Shown here in pieces: positions 11,564-22,990 of a DNA stretch of 64,000 bases. Position numbers and translations under genes: made by a program. The notes beneath the pieces are model-generated. The model worked only from the letters and a program-made list of their open reading frames with translations. It was not told the DNA's origin and made no database searches. The stretch's first letter is position 1; every line of letters starts with the position of its first letter. The stretch is from Schizochytrium sp. TIO01 (lineage: Eukaryota > Protista > Bigyra: Labyrinthulomycetes). The DNA lies in the NCBI GenBank assembly GCA_004764695.1, contig SMSO01000034.1, positions 4,464,001 to 4,528,000 on the forward strand, read 5' to 3'.

Positions 11564-12756
11564 GTTCTTAGACTTCTTCTTCTTCTTCTTTTCATTGTTA
11601 TTCTGTTCTGATGATTATTGTGCACATTGATTGCCGAACTTTTTGCATTGTACATATCGACGGTTTTAATTTTCCGCCAGTTCGTAGGTGCCAGTGCCGC
11701 AGGTCGAATCAGAAACTCGTCCGTCTTTGCAGATGTAGAAGACTCAATAGAGTTTCTGCGTTGTGAATCTTGGTAGTTCTGCGCTGCAAGAGCATCCTGT
11801 CCTGTAATTTGCAACAGATTCATCGCCTGTACCGGTTGTTGCATCTGGTTTCCCGTTTGAAACATTTGTTGTTGCATGTGCTGCATCTGCACCTGCTGTT
11901 GAAGCTGCAATTGAAGCTGTTGCTGCATGTGCTGCATTTGAATTTGCTGTTGTATATGTTGCAATTGAAGTTGTTGCTGCATCTGTTGCTGATGCTGCTG
12001 GAATCGGTTAACAGCGGCGTTCTCCCACCTTCTTGGCGGCGCTAAGCTCGCTAGATCCGGCCATTTCCTTTGCGGCTGAGCCGCCTCAACGATACTTAAT
12101 GCTGTGTCAGGTGTTGTGCTAATTTCCCTGCTGGCGCTATTTAACCACGCCGGCAGGGTGTGCCTGTTCTGGGTCTCTTTCGCATCTCTCCAGTTTCTGG
12201 GATTTTTTATCTGCTCATCATCTCGGTTTTCCTCGCTCTCGTCACTGTTTTCACTCTCCTCGCAGCTCTTCATTTCGCTGCGCCTATCCTTATCACCGAT
12301 GTGGCTATTGTGAATTTCGTTGTTGTGCGTGTTTTTTCCTGAAACCTTGGGTCCTGAAACCTCAGCGTTGTGCGGGGCTTCGTTGCCACCGCTGTAATCC
12401 TCTTGGTCGCTGTAATCTTTCGAAAGATTTTTGCGTGTGCTACGCTGCAGGTCCTGGGCGGGCTTGGAGGTTCTCCTGCTCTTAGCAGATTCAGGTCTGT
12501 GCGCGAGTCTCGACACGTCCAGGACGAGCTTGGGGCCATCTTCTGGCGCGCTCTTCAGCGTTTTTGACGAAGGCAATACAACCGCGGTGGACGAGGAGGA
12601 GGAGGAGGAAGAGGTCGTCGCAGACTGCGGCGAGGGTGAAGAAGCAGGCGAGGACAAAGAAGCGGAGGGCGAACCAGAGAGTGCCTGAAGGTCTTCCTCC
12701 TCGCTGGAGGACTCGTCGTCGCTGCTGCTGCTGCAAATAGTCTCCTCGTCACTCAT
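11560..12756 (-). CDS. Acidic/Ser-rich and Gln-rich low-complexity protein; probably the 5' part of the same gene
   Basis: Open frame from MSDEET with an acidic N-terminus and a long QQQMQQQLQ tract, a composition typical of nuclear regulators. No folded domain recognised. Confidence 0.7.
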   Translation of the reverse strand: MSDEETICSSSSDDESSSEEEDLQALSGSPSASLSSPASSPSPQSATTSSSSSSSSTAVVLPSSKTLKSAPEDGPKLVLDVSRLAHRPESAKSRRTSKPAQDLQRSTRKNLSKDYSDQEDYSGGNEAPHNAEVSGPKVSGKNTHNNEIHNSHIGDKDRRSEMKSCEESENSDESEENRDDEQIKNPRNWRDAKETQNRHTLPAWLNSASREISTTPDTALSIVEAAQPQRKWPDLASLAPPRRWENAAVNRFQQHQQQMQQQLQLQHIQQQIQMQHMQQQLQLQLQQQVQMQHMQQQMFQTGNQMQQPVQAMNLLQITGQDALAAQNYQDSQRRNSIESSTSAKTDEFLIRPAALAPTNWRKIKTVDMYNAKSSAINVHNNHQNRITMKRRRRRSLRT

Positions 12757-14440
12757 CGTCGCGAGGGGGCGCGGTCGGTCGGAGGAAACGAATGAGTGCT
12801 TGAATGGATGGTTGCTCAACAATCGATGAATCGTTGCTGAGCGTTGAACGTAGTGCCCGCCGGGGCTGCCTCCGCGGCGCTCCGTACGACGGGTGCTTTG
12901 GGCCGCTTCTCCGCCTACTCACGGAGATGCACTGGTTGATAGCGATGGGAAATGACGGGGTAGTTGTAGTTGTTGTTATTATCGACGATGCTTGTTCGAT
13001 CGAGCGATTTTGATTTGAATTTCCAATTCGTGAAAAGAAAAATGTAGATTGAACAATCAATTTATTATATGATCAGATAACAGGAAAAAATATATACTAT
13101 AAATTAAATTTAAAACATTTATAGTAAACATGTTTTAATAATTATAAAATCTTCATATCTAACCCACGCATATACAAGTACTATGTACCTACCTACCAGC
13201 AAGTAGGTAAGTAAGTAAGAAATATTTTTGTAAATTTGAAAATGCAAGTCGAATTGAGAACAACAAGAAAAAGAAGAAGAAAAAGAGGAAGAAGAAGTGT
13301 TGAAATGTTAGTTTCTTAATTTTTAAAGTCACTTTAGCATTTCTTTACACGAGGAAGGAAGGAAGGAAGGAAGGAGCGTAGAAAGATAAGTAAAATGAGA
13401 GGTGAAAGGAAAGAAAGCAAGCTCAGGTACCCACTCCGTCTAATGTCGAGCAAAACATCCATCTTACGGATGACTACGTACTGTGGATGGTCCAATCCAA
13501 ACTATTCAAGTTGTTCGTGTAAGACGAATGTGTTAATTAAACCACATTTACTGGCTTTTGACTATAGATATTTATTTCTTAAAATAAAAAGCAAGGGGGA
13601 AAGAGAGCGTCGAGTAAAACTCCTTATCACTACTGCGGGGGGGAGAGTGCTCTCAAACTCATTTACCTTCCAGCAAGTTTTAGCATATAAATAAATGTAG
13701 TCGATGAAATATTTTTTCGTCTGCCTTTTGAAGTGAAGTGTTTTCTCTTCCATTTTAAATTACTAGTAAATAAAAAGCACTGAGGCATTATAACCCTTAG
13801 CACTCAGCTATTATGAACAGTAGGCCCCCGGCGGGAAAAACTCGTTGCGAGAGACCTCTGTTCGGCATAGGTCTCTTTGCCTTCAACGAAAAGGCGTGGG
13901 AAAGGAAAACAAGACTAAAAGCTAAAACTAAACATCAAAAGTAAAAATAGAAAAGGACTGAGACCCTGACTGAGGTTCCTCGCGCAAGTTTGTTTAGTAA
14001 GAGAGGCCCTCTTAAAGGCCTTCGTTCGCAACTATTGCTATCCTTTCTGCGCTTTCGAGATTGTCCTCTTCGTGTACTTAGGTATCTTCACTCATTTCCG
14101 TTCTGTTTTGCCTTTTTCTCTTCTTTTTTTGCAAACGTCCAAGCCTCATACTAGCACTCACTAACTAGAAGAGAAAGTACGTTCAATATTCATAAGAAGA
14201 ACAGTAATAGTAAATCTTTTTTTGTCAGAAAAACCATTAATTCCAAACTCCCTTTCAGGACAAGAGGCCCATAGCGCTAATAGTTAGCTACCGCTGTGTA
14301 GCAGTGGGTTAAAAATTCAATCATAATAGAATATAATGCCAGCCCGTAGAAGTAGTTTAGTAGCGGTAGGGGGGCAGTCAGTCCAAGGGGAGATAGGCGT
14401 ATTTAATTCTCTAGAGTATTTAACCTACGAGTAGCTTTAC

Positions 14441-14540
14441 CTTCTTCTTCTTCTTCTTCTTCTTCTTCTTCTTCTTCTTCTTCTTCTTCTTCTTCTTCTT
14501 CTTCTTCTTCTTCTTCTTCTTCTTCTTCTTCTTCTTCTTC
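14441..14540. repeat. (TTC)33 trinucleotide microsatellite
   Basis: Perfect 100-nt run. Confidence 0.97.
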
Positions 14541-14753
14541 GTGGTGTCCAGAATCATTAAAATACACGCCGCCAAAACCACAGTCTCCGGTGGAAGGCGC
14601 GAGTTCGCCCTCCAATGGAGCAGCGAATACAAAGCCTGAAGAAGCTCCTTTCTCCTCCCGCTCCACGGATCTGCTGTGCTTTCGCGCCGTCCACCTTGTG
14701 GCTCTGTCTTTCTGACGCATCAATCAACCATCGAAACTATCTCAAGAAAAAGG

Positions 14754-14817
14754 TGATTTGATTTGATTTGATTTGATTTGATTTGATTTGACTTGATTTG
14801 ATTTGATTTGATTTGAT
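14754..14817. repeat. (TGATT)n pentanucleotide microsatellite
   Basis: About 12 units with one variant. Confidence 0.93.
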
Positions 14818-15167
14818 CGAAAGCGATAATAGGGAAGAGGAGTAAAACAAAAACAAAGACAAAAACTAAAAGAAAAAGAAAGAAAAGTGAACTCACGAAC
14901 AGCAGAGGGAAATTTCGATCGCTGTGAAGCTCGAGCATTCGGTTCCACGCTCGCTGTTTAAGCCGCCTGGCGCCTCTCGAGGGAGCAGCGCTGCGCTTTG
15001 AGGGCGTTCCCTCTGTCCCTGCCAATGACACATGCGTTTAGGCGTTCCTTCCTTCCTTCATTCATTCATTCATTTATTCATGCATTTATTCATTTATGTA
15101 TTTATTGTTTCTTTATTTAGCCAATTCAATTATTGATTCGTTCATTGTTCCTTTACTTAGCCCATTC

Positions 15168-15213
<46 letters not shown>

Positions 15214-15376
15214 TCTTTACTTAGCCCATCCATCGACTGCTTTGTACTGTTTACTGTTTTGCTCCTTCTTTAGTTTGTGCACACGAGGGCGCCAGGCTTC
15301 TTCTTTCTCTTTCATATGTCTGCTTTTGAGAGCCTAAGGGCCTCTTCGGCGGAGGCTCTTCTTTCCCTTTTCGGGC

Positions 15377-15497
<121 letters not shown>

Positions 15498-15609
15498 CTA
15501 AGTTAAAAGAAGCATCTCAGTCCCTTCAGGTCGAACGAACGCAGGAACTGAGCTGCTCAGAGCTCGAGAGACAGCCTCTTAAGCAGGTAACTAACTCTCT
15601 ATGCGATGC

Positions 15610-15656
15610 GAGATTGAGATTGAGATTGAGATTGAGATTGAGATTGAGATTGAGAT
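15610..15656. repeat. (GAGATT)n hexanucleotide microsatellite
   Basis: About 8 tandem units. Confidence 0.92.
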
Positions 15657-17045
15657 CGAGGCTTTTGGCCTATTTCGCTTAGTTGTGCAACAGTCTGATT
15701 TGCTGCTTTCGGTATGCTCATTTGTGAAGAATCGAAGTCGAAGTCGAGTTTCTGCGATTCGACGAAGACCGATCAACCTCGAACATTGTTTCTTTGCTTC
15801 TTTATTTCTTTATTTCTTTCAAGTTGTCCTTTGTTTATTGAGTTATTGTTTTATTTGTTTAGTGATCTATTGACTTATTTCTTGGTTTGCCTCGACTCGC
15901 AAGATTTCCTGTCATTGCCCATGATGATGGTGGTGGTGGTGGTGATGATGATGACGATGATGATGATGATGAAAAGCAAGGCAAAGCTAGCTCTGCAAAA
16001 AAGTCGAAAGCAAAGCTTTGGTTGAAACTTCTCTCGCACATCGCGATTTTGGCGATGAAGTTGGTGCCGGTTTTTCCCTCTCTCCGGAGCGTGCAACTTG
16101 AAACTAAATAGAAAACACTTACTTTAATCAAAAGTTTTTTTGATTCCTCCCTTTCTCATTAATTAAACTTTAGAACATTAAATAAAATACAAAATAAAAC
16201 AAAACAAAACAAAACAAAACAAAACAGAACGAAACAAAAGTAGTGACTACTGTTACGCCTATGAAACGGGTCATCTGTTCTTTTCGTTCTTTCCTGCCGA
16301 AGCGGACAGCCCGGCGTCGTCCTAAAATTGTCGAGCGGGTTGTATTTTAACCTACGGTGAGCTACCCTAAACAGTAGCCAATGACTCAATTTCAGACACT
16401 CTGGAACGGACCCGGGGGAAGTTGGCTATCAGCTAGTAAGATAACTAGCCACTACGCTGAGAACACTTTGCGCACGAGTATTTGATACAAGTTCAAGCTC
16501 TGAGGAACGCCTTCTCTAAGTGTGCGCGAATTAAAGGCCGTTTAGTATGGCAGTGGAGCGTGAGGGGAGTGCAAATTCGAGACACCTTGCACTCGTAAGA
16601 ACGAATGTCCAGAGCGCTACGCCTCCTTAGGCACTGCTAACGCGACGACGAAAGACAAAGAAAGCGTCTCTCTGTCTACGACCGTCTTTGTTCACACTCT
16701 TCAGAGGCGCGGAACATGTAAAAGACGGTCTCCTTTGCCTTTGTTTGAAGTTGTTTCTTCGAGGTTTGCAATTAATTCTGTTCTGCGAAGGTGAGGAGCA
16801 GAACCCGTCGATGATAAATACAATTTAAGCGCAGCAGTTTGAGGCCCTCTTCTCCGGTGTGAAGGAGGGTACACGAAGCCAGCCAGTCCGTAGAGGTAGG
16901 TATTGTGTTTGTATGCATTCTGCCTTTTTTATTCTTCACTCATTTGTTTGTTTTTATTTTTGTTTTTGCACATCTTGTTATTATTTTTCTAATAAATTAA
17001 AAAGTAAGTACAGGGATGGATGCACCTTCTTTTCCTTCTTCTTTA

Positions 17046-17076
<31 letters not shown>

Positions 17077-17185
17077 GTTTGTTTGTTTGTTTCCCAATCA
17101 TTATCATATGCCTCATGAAAAACTGTCATAGACGATGGAAAGCGCTCTTTTCTTTTCTCTTTGGAGCGAAGATGGTGCAAACGAC

Positions 17186-17231
17186 TTACTTACTTACTTC
17201 CTTACTTACTGACTGACTGACTGACTGACTG
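17186..17231. repeat. Compound (CTTA)n/(CTGA)n microsatellite
   Basis: Directly visible. Confidence 0.85.
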
Positions 17232-20200
17232 CCTGGCCGATCGAAGAAGAAGACCTCGCAAACGCGAGGATTAACGAACTCAGGCGGTCCGCGGCCTTTG
17301 CGGAGGACGCTTTCGCACATAAGAGAGCTCCAGAGCAGCGGCCTCTGCAAACTACGGAGACCTTCGAGCACGCTTCAAAGGCGATCTCCTGAAGAAGCAA
17401 GCGCCTCTCCTTTGCCTCCAAGGTTAGCAGCTTTCTATATAGGCTAGGTACGCACTAAGCTACTATCACACTGCTAGCTTTTCCCTTAAGTCGTGCAGAG
17501 TGGTCCTCTGCGCAACGCCTTTTCCCTTTCTTTCTATTTTTGTACAGTAAGAATGAGTGTTTTATAACTGTTCATAATAAAACAAGCCAAACAACGATCT
17601 GAAGGGGCAGTTTGACAAGCCGCTAGCCTAGCTCGCTAGCTACTCGGGGGCAAGCATGAGTGCTTTCTTTTTGGTTCAATCAAAGGTCGTGTGCATTAAA
17701 GCACTCTGCACGAAGGAATTCAATTGCTTTCGGCAGCTTCCTTACCAGTAGCTCTCGAATACACACATTGTTTTACCAAAATAAATAGTTATTTTAGTTT
17801 AGTTTACTTGACTTGACTTTAAATAAAAATGCATTTATTTTACTTTTAAAGTAGAATAAATAAATAAATAAACAAGAGCAATACTATGGGAAACAGTCAT
17901 GTATAGACTGTCTGTCCGTCTATCTTGCGATGACTCGGAGAAGGTAGAAAAAGGAGAGGATAAGCGCCACTCTGCGAAAGGGTATCTGAGTGAGTGCGCA
18001 AATGCAAATGCAGCATCGAAGGCACGTGCTGCCGAGACAAAACCCTCTGCGATTGAAAGGCGAATGCGAGCAGAGCCTGGCTGTCTGCTGGGAAAGCAAA
18101 GCAAAGCAAAGCAGACCAGGCAGGCAGGCAGGCAGGCATAATGCAAGCTGCTGGCCGGATGCGAAGCCGCTTGAGAGCGTGACTTCTCTCTCGATGTATG
18201 TGCGATCATGAAGTTCGCCATTGAGATTCTCGCTTTTGGCGGTTTTTAATTGCAATTTGTTATAAAACATGGACGAAGACGCCGCTCGGATTCAATTTCG
18301 AAGCACGATGGTGCTTGAAAGAAGGCCCACATATGCGCGAGCTGGCCTTCTTGAGATCGTGGGAGGAGATGATTGATTGATTGATTAATTAACTAGAGGA
18401 AATGAAAGCTTGAGATTGATCGTTTTTGAAGTGGTACCTACCTACTCCTATGGACATCCCATCACTTTATTTGTTTCTTTTCTGTTTGCTTTACTCCCTT
18501 TGCATTTAGGTACGTACGCTCTTGAAGAAAACTACTGAGGTGAGCTAACTTCTGGCCTTTTCTAACTTGGATAGGCTTATTGGTTTGTCTTACAGACAGA
18601 AGATAATAAATGGGCAGATGACTGAGGAATAGAAGGAAGAAATGGGAAGAAGAAAACTTTCTTTCTTCCCTGGTGACCATTTCATTTTCTTTCCTCTCAG
18701 GCATTCTTTCTGCATTTTGAGACTTTATACATATTTTTAATTAAAATTAGTCTTTTTTTTAGTCTTTTTTTTTTTTAAACCAACTTTTTTTTTAAAGTAA
18801 TTAAAAGTTAGTTTGGTTTACTTTAACATTTTGTTTTTAATGCCAGGATGAAGTTCACCTATTTACGAAAGGACAGCTAGTCCTACAGTCCCCTTAGAGA
18901 ATGGGGTACGACTTTTCTCTCTCTTCTTTATCGCAATTTAATTGATACAAATCATTAATACTTACCATATATAGTTGTATTAGCTATTGAGTAGATGAGC
19001 TGGCGAGTGGAAAAACCAGGCCCCATAGGGTTGAACCTAGCATTAACGGTATGGTCGTCAAGTTCTGCTGGGGCCGCAGACACTCATTCAGGAAGCTGTG
19101 GCGCCAGGTCCCACGCTAATTAAGTAAGTAAGTAAATAAATAAATCATTTGTAGCTTTATAAACCTGGAAAACCTTGAGACTCGAGGGACTTTGTTCATG
19201 AAGACCACGAGAAACTGGCATAGAAAACTATGAAGACTAGCAGCATTTGACCAACAACATGTTCAATCGAAAGGCTTACAGTGCCCGAGCCAAAAACGAG
19301 CAGCGTCTCGAGCTTTGAGTCGTTGGATGGACCCATGCATAACTTTCACGGTTTTATGACCATACTACAGAAGATTGATGATAATTTGGCTCAGATGATG
19401 GTCACGTATGTATTTAGCATGACAGTAGATAGTTAGAAATAGGAAAAACACATGCGTGTTAATCGTCTCAGTATTTGTCACTATTAACGATAATTGGCGG
19501 TATGGAATACCTACCTACATTTTGATCTGATTTGATGTTTCTCGAGACAGGGGCTATTCATTGTGGGGATTTTTATGAGATAAGAAATCGGAGATGTTGC
19601 CAGCGGTTGCTCGTCCGTGATTTTCTTGTAGCCTAGTAGATCTGGTTTAGATTTGGATTTAGATTTGGATACATTTGTTTTATATTTTTATATTTTTATT
19701 TGTTCTTATAAAAGACAAATGTTTTTGCGGACTACGGCAGGATCACGGTGCCCTGGACGAACTTGAATGGACCTAAATATGGTATATATTGAAAGAAATA
19801 AGCAGCACCAGATATTCATGGACATGGATTTGTCATTTTCATTGAAAGCATTAACTCGTTGCTGAAAATAATCGTAGCTATGCATATACAAAATACCATC
19901 GGCATCGTGTGGATGAGAGGTCAAGATGCCTTGCATCTATTCACCAGGCCTAAGCTCCACCACTTTATCTTTAGAGTAGTCCTCATACATTTATTTCATC
20001 CTTCACATAAATAGTTGCCTATAGAAATAGAATTTGCAGAAGAGGAATGTGATGATCAAGTGCTTTTCATTAAAACATTCAGACTAACTCAGATATATAT
20101 CAGTCAATTCGAATGCCATGGCGATGAAGCAAGTGGGAGGCTAATAAGAACCTTCTAGACAGTGTTCAACTTCAGTTTCTGTTCTTCAGTGATGCTAACT

Positions 20201-21312
20201 TTCATTTCTAAATTTATAATAAAAATGTTTATCTTTTCTTTTCTTTTCTTTTCTTTTTTATATTAAAGATTGAAGTATATATGTAAAGAAAAGGGTTGAG
20301 AAGGTGATAAAAAGGAAGGAGGAAAAAAGAAAGGACAAACTTCGAACATCGCTCACTCGAACGAAGGAAGTTATGGTCGGCGCGGAGTAGCTCATGATCG
20401 GGCCACAATCTGCTACGCACACTCCTCTCATAACACTACCCATTAACTTTCGCAGTTGCATAAGTGGATAACTTGTCTAATTATTTCCCACAGCTAGTAC
20501 ACTCCTCTCCATTACACTACTTCATAATATTCTCTGAGTATCGTAGAGGAGAGGAATAAATTTTGAATCACCAAGGCAAGGAAAGTGTGAAGCATTGGAG
20601 GAAAACAGAGAACTTGGTAATTACTCTCTTTCTTTTCTGTGGCCCCTTTCTTTTCTCAATTATTTTTGCCAATTTATTGTTTTGGGTTTTCTACTTTGAC
20701 AAATTGTATGCTCTGCTTCATTCTTTACCAATGCTTGGAAAGAGCCGTGGCAAAGCTCTGATTTGCGCAGCTCTGAGCATTCATTTACCACCTTTGAGTC
20801 GTATAACTCACATGGTCGTCTGGCGATACACTTTATTTCCAACGTACCACGATGGAATGAGAAGTGCTAGGCTTGCAGAGTAAACGAATAAAATACGAAG
20901 CACAGTGTTTACTCTCAAAAACAAATAAAAAGAATTTTTTGTCTACTTTTTTACGTTTTGTTTTTTTCACCGGCATTTTAGTTTTACTTTAAAGTAGTAT
21001 ACTATTATCATTATTATTAAAGTTGAAGAATGAAATGAACATTAAAAACCATGATTCAAAAATAGGGAAATAGGGATATTTCCCGAATATACAATGGGAA
21101 AAAGGATCGTGGGTTTTTGAAATAAACGATCTTTGTGAGTTCTTTCCCTTTTTGAGACACAAAGATCTAATAAAATCGTGAACAAAGATTAGCTACCTGA
21201 GCATCATCTTTAACTTTGAGCAGGCCGAGGAGCCTGGACAAGCTGTAAGGTTGGAGGCATTGAAATAGTATATTGTACAAAGCAAAGTGGTTCTTCGCAT
21301 CGAGTGCCAGCC

Positions 21313-22776
21313 ATGGTTGGAAAACAGGCGGGTGTCTGGATTGCTACGGCGGCGATTGCCTACAGCGTGAACTTGAGCGAAGCGGGCTACTTTCATGAAA
21401 CGCGGCAAGATCATTTTGATGGAAGCAATGAAAATCTCTGGCAGCAAGAATACTTCGTGAATGATACCTTCTGGAAAGGACCATCGTCTGGAGCGCCAGT
21501 ATTTCTCTGTGTGGGCGGCGAAGGCCCAGCCTTAGATGATTCTGTCACTAGTGCTTCAGTCCATTGCAATGACGCAGTTGAATGGCTTGAAGAAACAGGA
21601 GCCCTCTTTTTGGCTCTGCAACATCGCTACTATGGGTGTCAGAGTAACAGCACCGCGTGTCCCGTAGAATACCCGATTCAAGAAGTTAAAGACATGCGTT
21701 TTCTTAGCTCTCGTCAGGCTCTTGAAGATATTGCTCTCTTTCACATGCATATGGTCGAAGAGTTCCATCTTACCCCAACTAACCGCTGGGTCACTTTTGG
21801 TGGGTCTTATCCTGGAATGCTAGCCGCCTTTGCTCGCTCCAAGTATCCGCATCTCTTTTACGCAGCGGTGTCTTCAAGTTCGCCTGTACAGGCCGCGCTA
21901 GAGATGCCTGGGTACTACGACTACGCAGCTCGCGCTTATTCGGAGGAGTCTGTAGGTGGCTCCCAAGAATGCCGAGCGAAGATTGCCTTAGGACACAAGC
22001 AAATTGGAAATATCTTTGACTCCAAGAATGCTACCAAACTGAGTGAGCTTGAAGAACAGTTCTCGCTCAATAGTGGCGCCTTGGACTCACTAGATGGTCA
22101 ACGAAACTTTGCTGGCAATGGAGTCGCAGACTTCCCATCACAAGGCAATGACCCACTTTGCTCTACGCCGAGCTGCAATATCAAGGAAATCTGCAAGACC
22201 ATGCTGCGCCCTGAACTTGAGCCTGTTGTGGCTCTTGCCACCGTACGGAAGGAGCAACAGACTCAGAGCTTCTCCTCCCGCGAGCAGATGCGCCCCCGAC
22301 TTGGTGCCAGCAATATCCTAGAGACTGACTTGTGGTCCTGGCAAGTATGCACAGAGTTCGGCTATCTTCAAACCTGCAATATCGGTAGTGAATGCATGTT
22401 TACTCAAGGTCTGGTCACTCTAGATTACATGTTTACATCGAGTTGCTCTATGTATGGTTTCAATGATATTGAGAGAACTGCAGCAGCAGTTGTGCGCTCC
22501 AATGTGGAATACGGAGGAATTAGTATCACAACTCCTCGTATTCTATGGATCGGAGGAACCGTTGATCCATGGCTTGCTCTCAGTGTCCAGCATCTCTCAA
22601 AAGAGCAAGTCCATGCCGATCAGCGTATGCTTCTGGTCCTGGGAGCATCGCACCATGCTTGGACACACCCGACAGATGCGCATGACCAGAGCTCTGTCCA
22701 AGATGCCAGAGACTACTTGCGTCATGTCGTAGGCCATTGGCTCAAGGAGGCAGAATCTAGGTCAGCTCTTGCATAA
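21313..22776 (+). CDS. Secreted/lysosomal serine peptidase, family S28 (PRSS16/prolylcarboxypeptidase-like)
   Basis: Signal peptide; QDHFD, PVFLCVGGEG, LQHRYYG, FLSSRQALED; nucleophile motif WVTFGGSYPG; WSWQVCTEFGY; GTVDPW (Asp); GASHH (His). Confidence 0.93.
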   Translation: MVGKQAGVWIATAAIAYSVNLSEAGYFHETRQDHFDGSNENLWQQEYFVNDTFWKGPSSGAPVFLCVGGEGPALDDSVTSASVHCNDAVEWLEETGALFLALQHRYYGCQSNSTACPVEYPIQEVKDMRFLSSRQALEDIALFHMHMVEEFHLTPTNRWVTFGGSYPGMLAAFARSKYPHLFYAAVSSSSPVQAALEMPGYYDYAARAYSEESVGGSQECRAKIALGHKQIGNIFDSKNATKLSELEEQFSLNSGALDSLDGQRNFAGNGVADFPSQGNDPLCSTPSCNIKEICKTMLRPELEPVVALATVRKEQQTQSFSSREQMRPRLGASNILETDLWSWQVCTEFGYLQTCNIGSECMFTQGLVTLDYMFTSSCSMYGFNDIERTAAAVVRSNVEYGGISITTPRILWIGGTVDPWLALSVQHLSKEQVHADQRMLLVLGASHHAWTHPTDAHDQSSVQDARDYLRHVVGHWLKEAESRSALA

Positions 22777-22990
22777 AATGTGTAGATTTTCCTATAGTTT
22801 TGTTGTATTTCAAAGTTGAATTGATGGAAATGTCAACGAAGCGAAAATTAAAGAATATGTCGCTTACAGGACTGACTTTTAAAATAAATTAGTTGGCTAT
22901 CTCAAAGAATTCCAGAAAATTCACCATGTCGTCTCAATCTTACAGACTTCCTTCCATTAAAAACAGAATCATGCATTACTGGCGATACAA

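Noticed and set aside
14403-14723. Poly-Glu and poly-Lys ORFs, and similar KERK, IE, QIKSN ORFs at 14.7-16.1 kb
   Set aside because: Translations of microsatellites.
15105-15232. CRISPR-like repeat-spacer pattern
   Set aside because: Only three degenerate copies, microsatellite spacers of unequal length, eukaryotic context, no cas genes.
16370-16390. GTAGCCAATGA resembling U4 snRNA; ATACTTACC at about 18958 resembling U1
   Set aside because: Matches do not extend; no Sm site or flanking snRNA sequence.
19026-19045. TTGAACCT resembling a TPP riboswitch core
   Set aside because: Lacks the CTGAGA and GATC/GCG..GGA elements.
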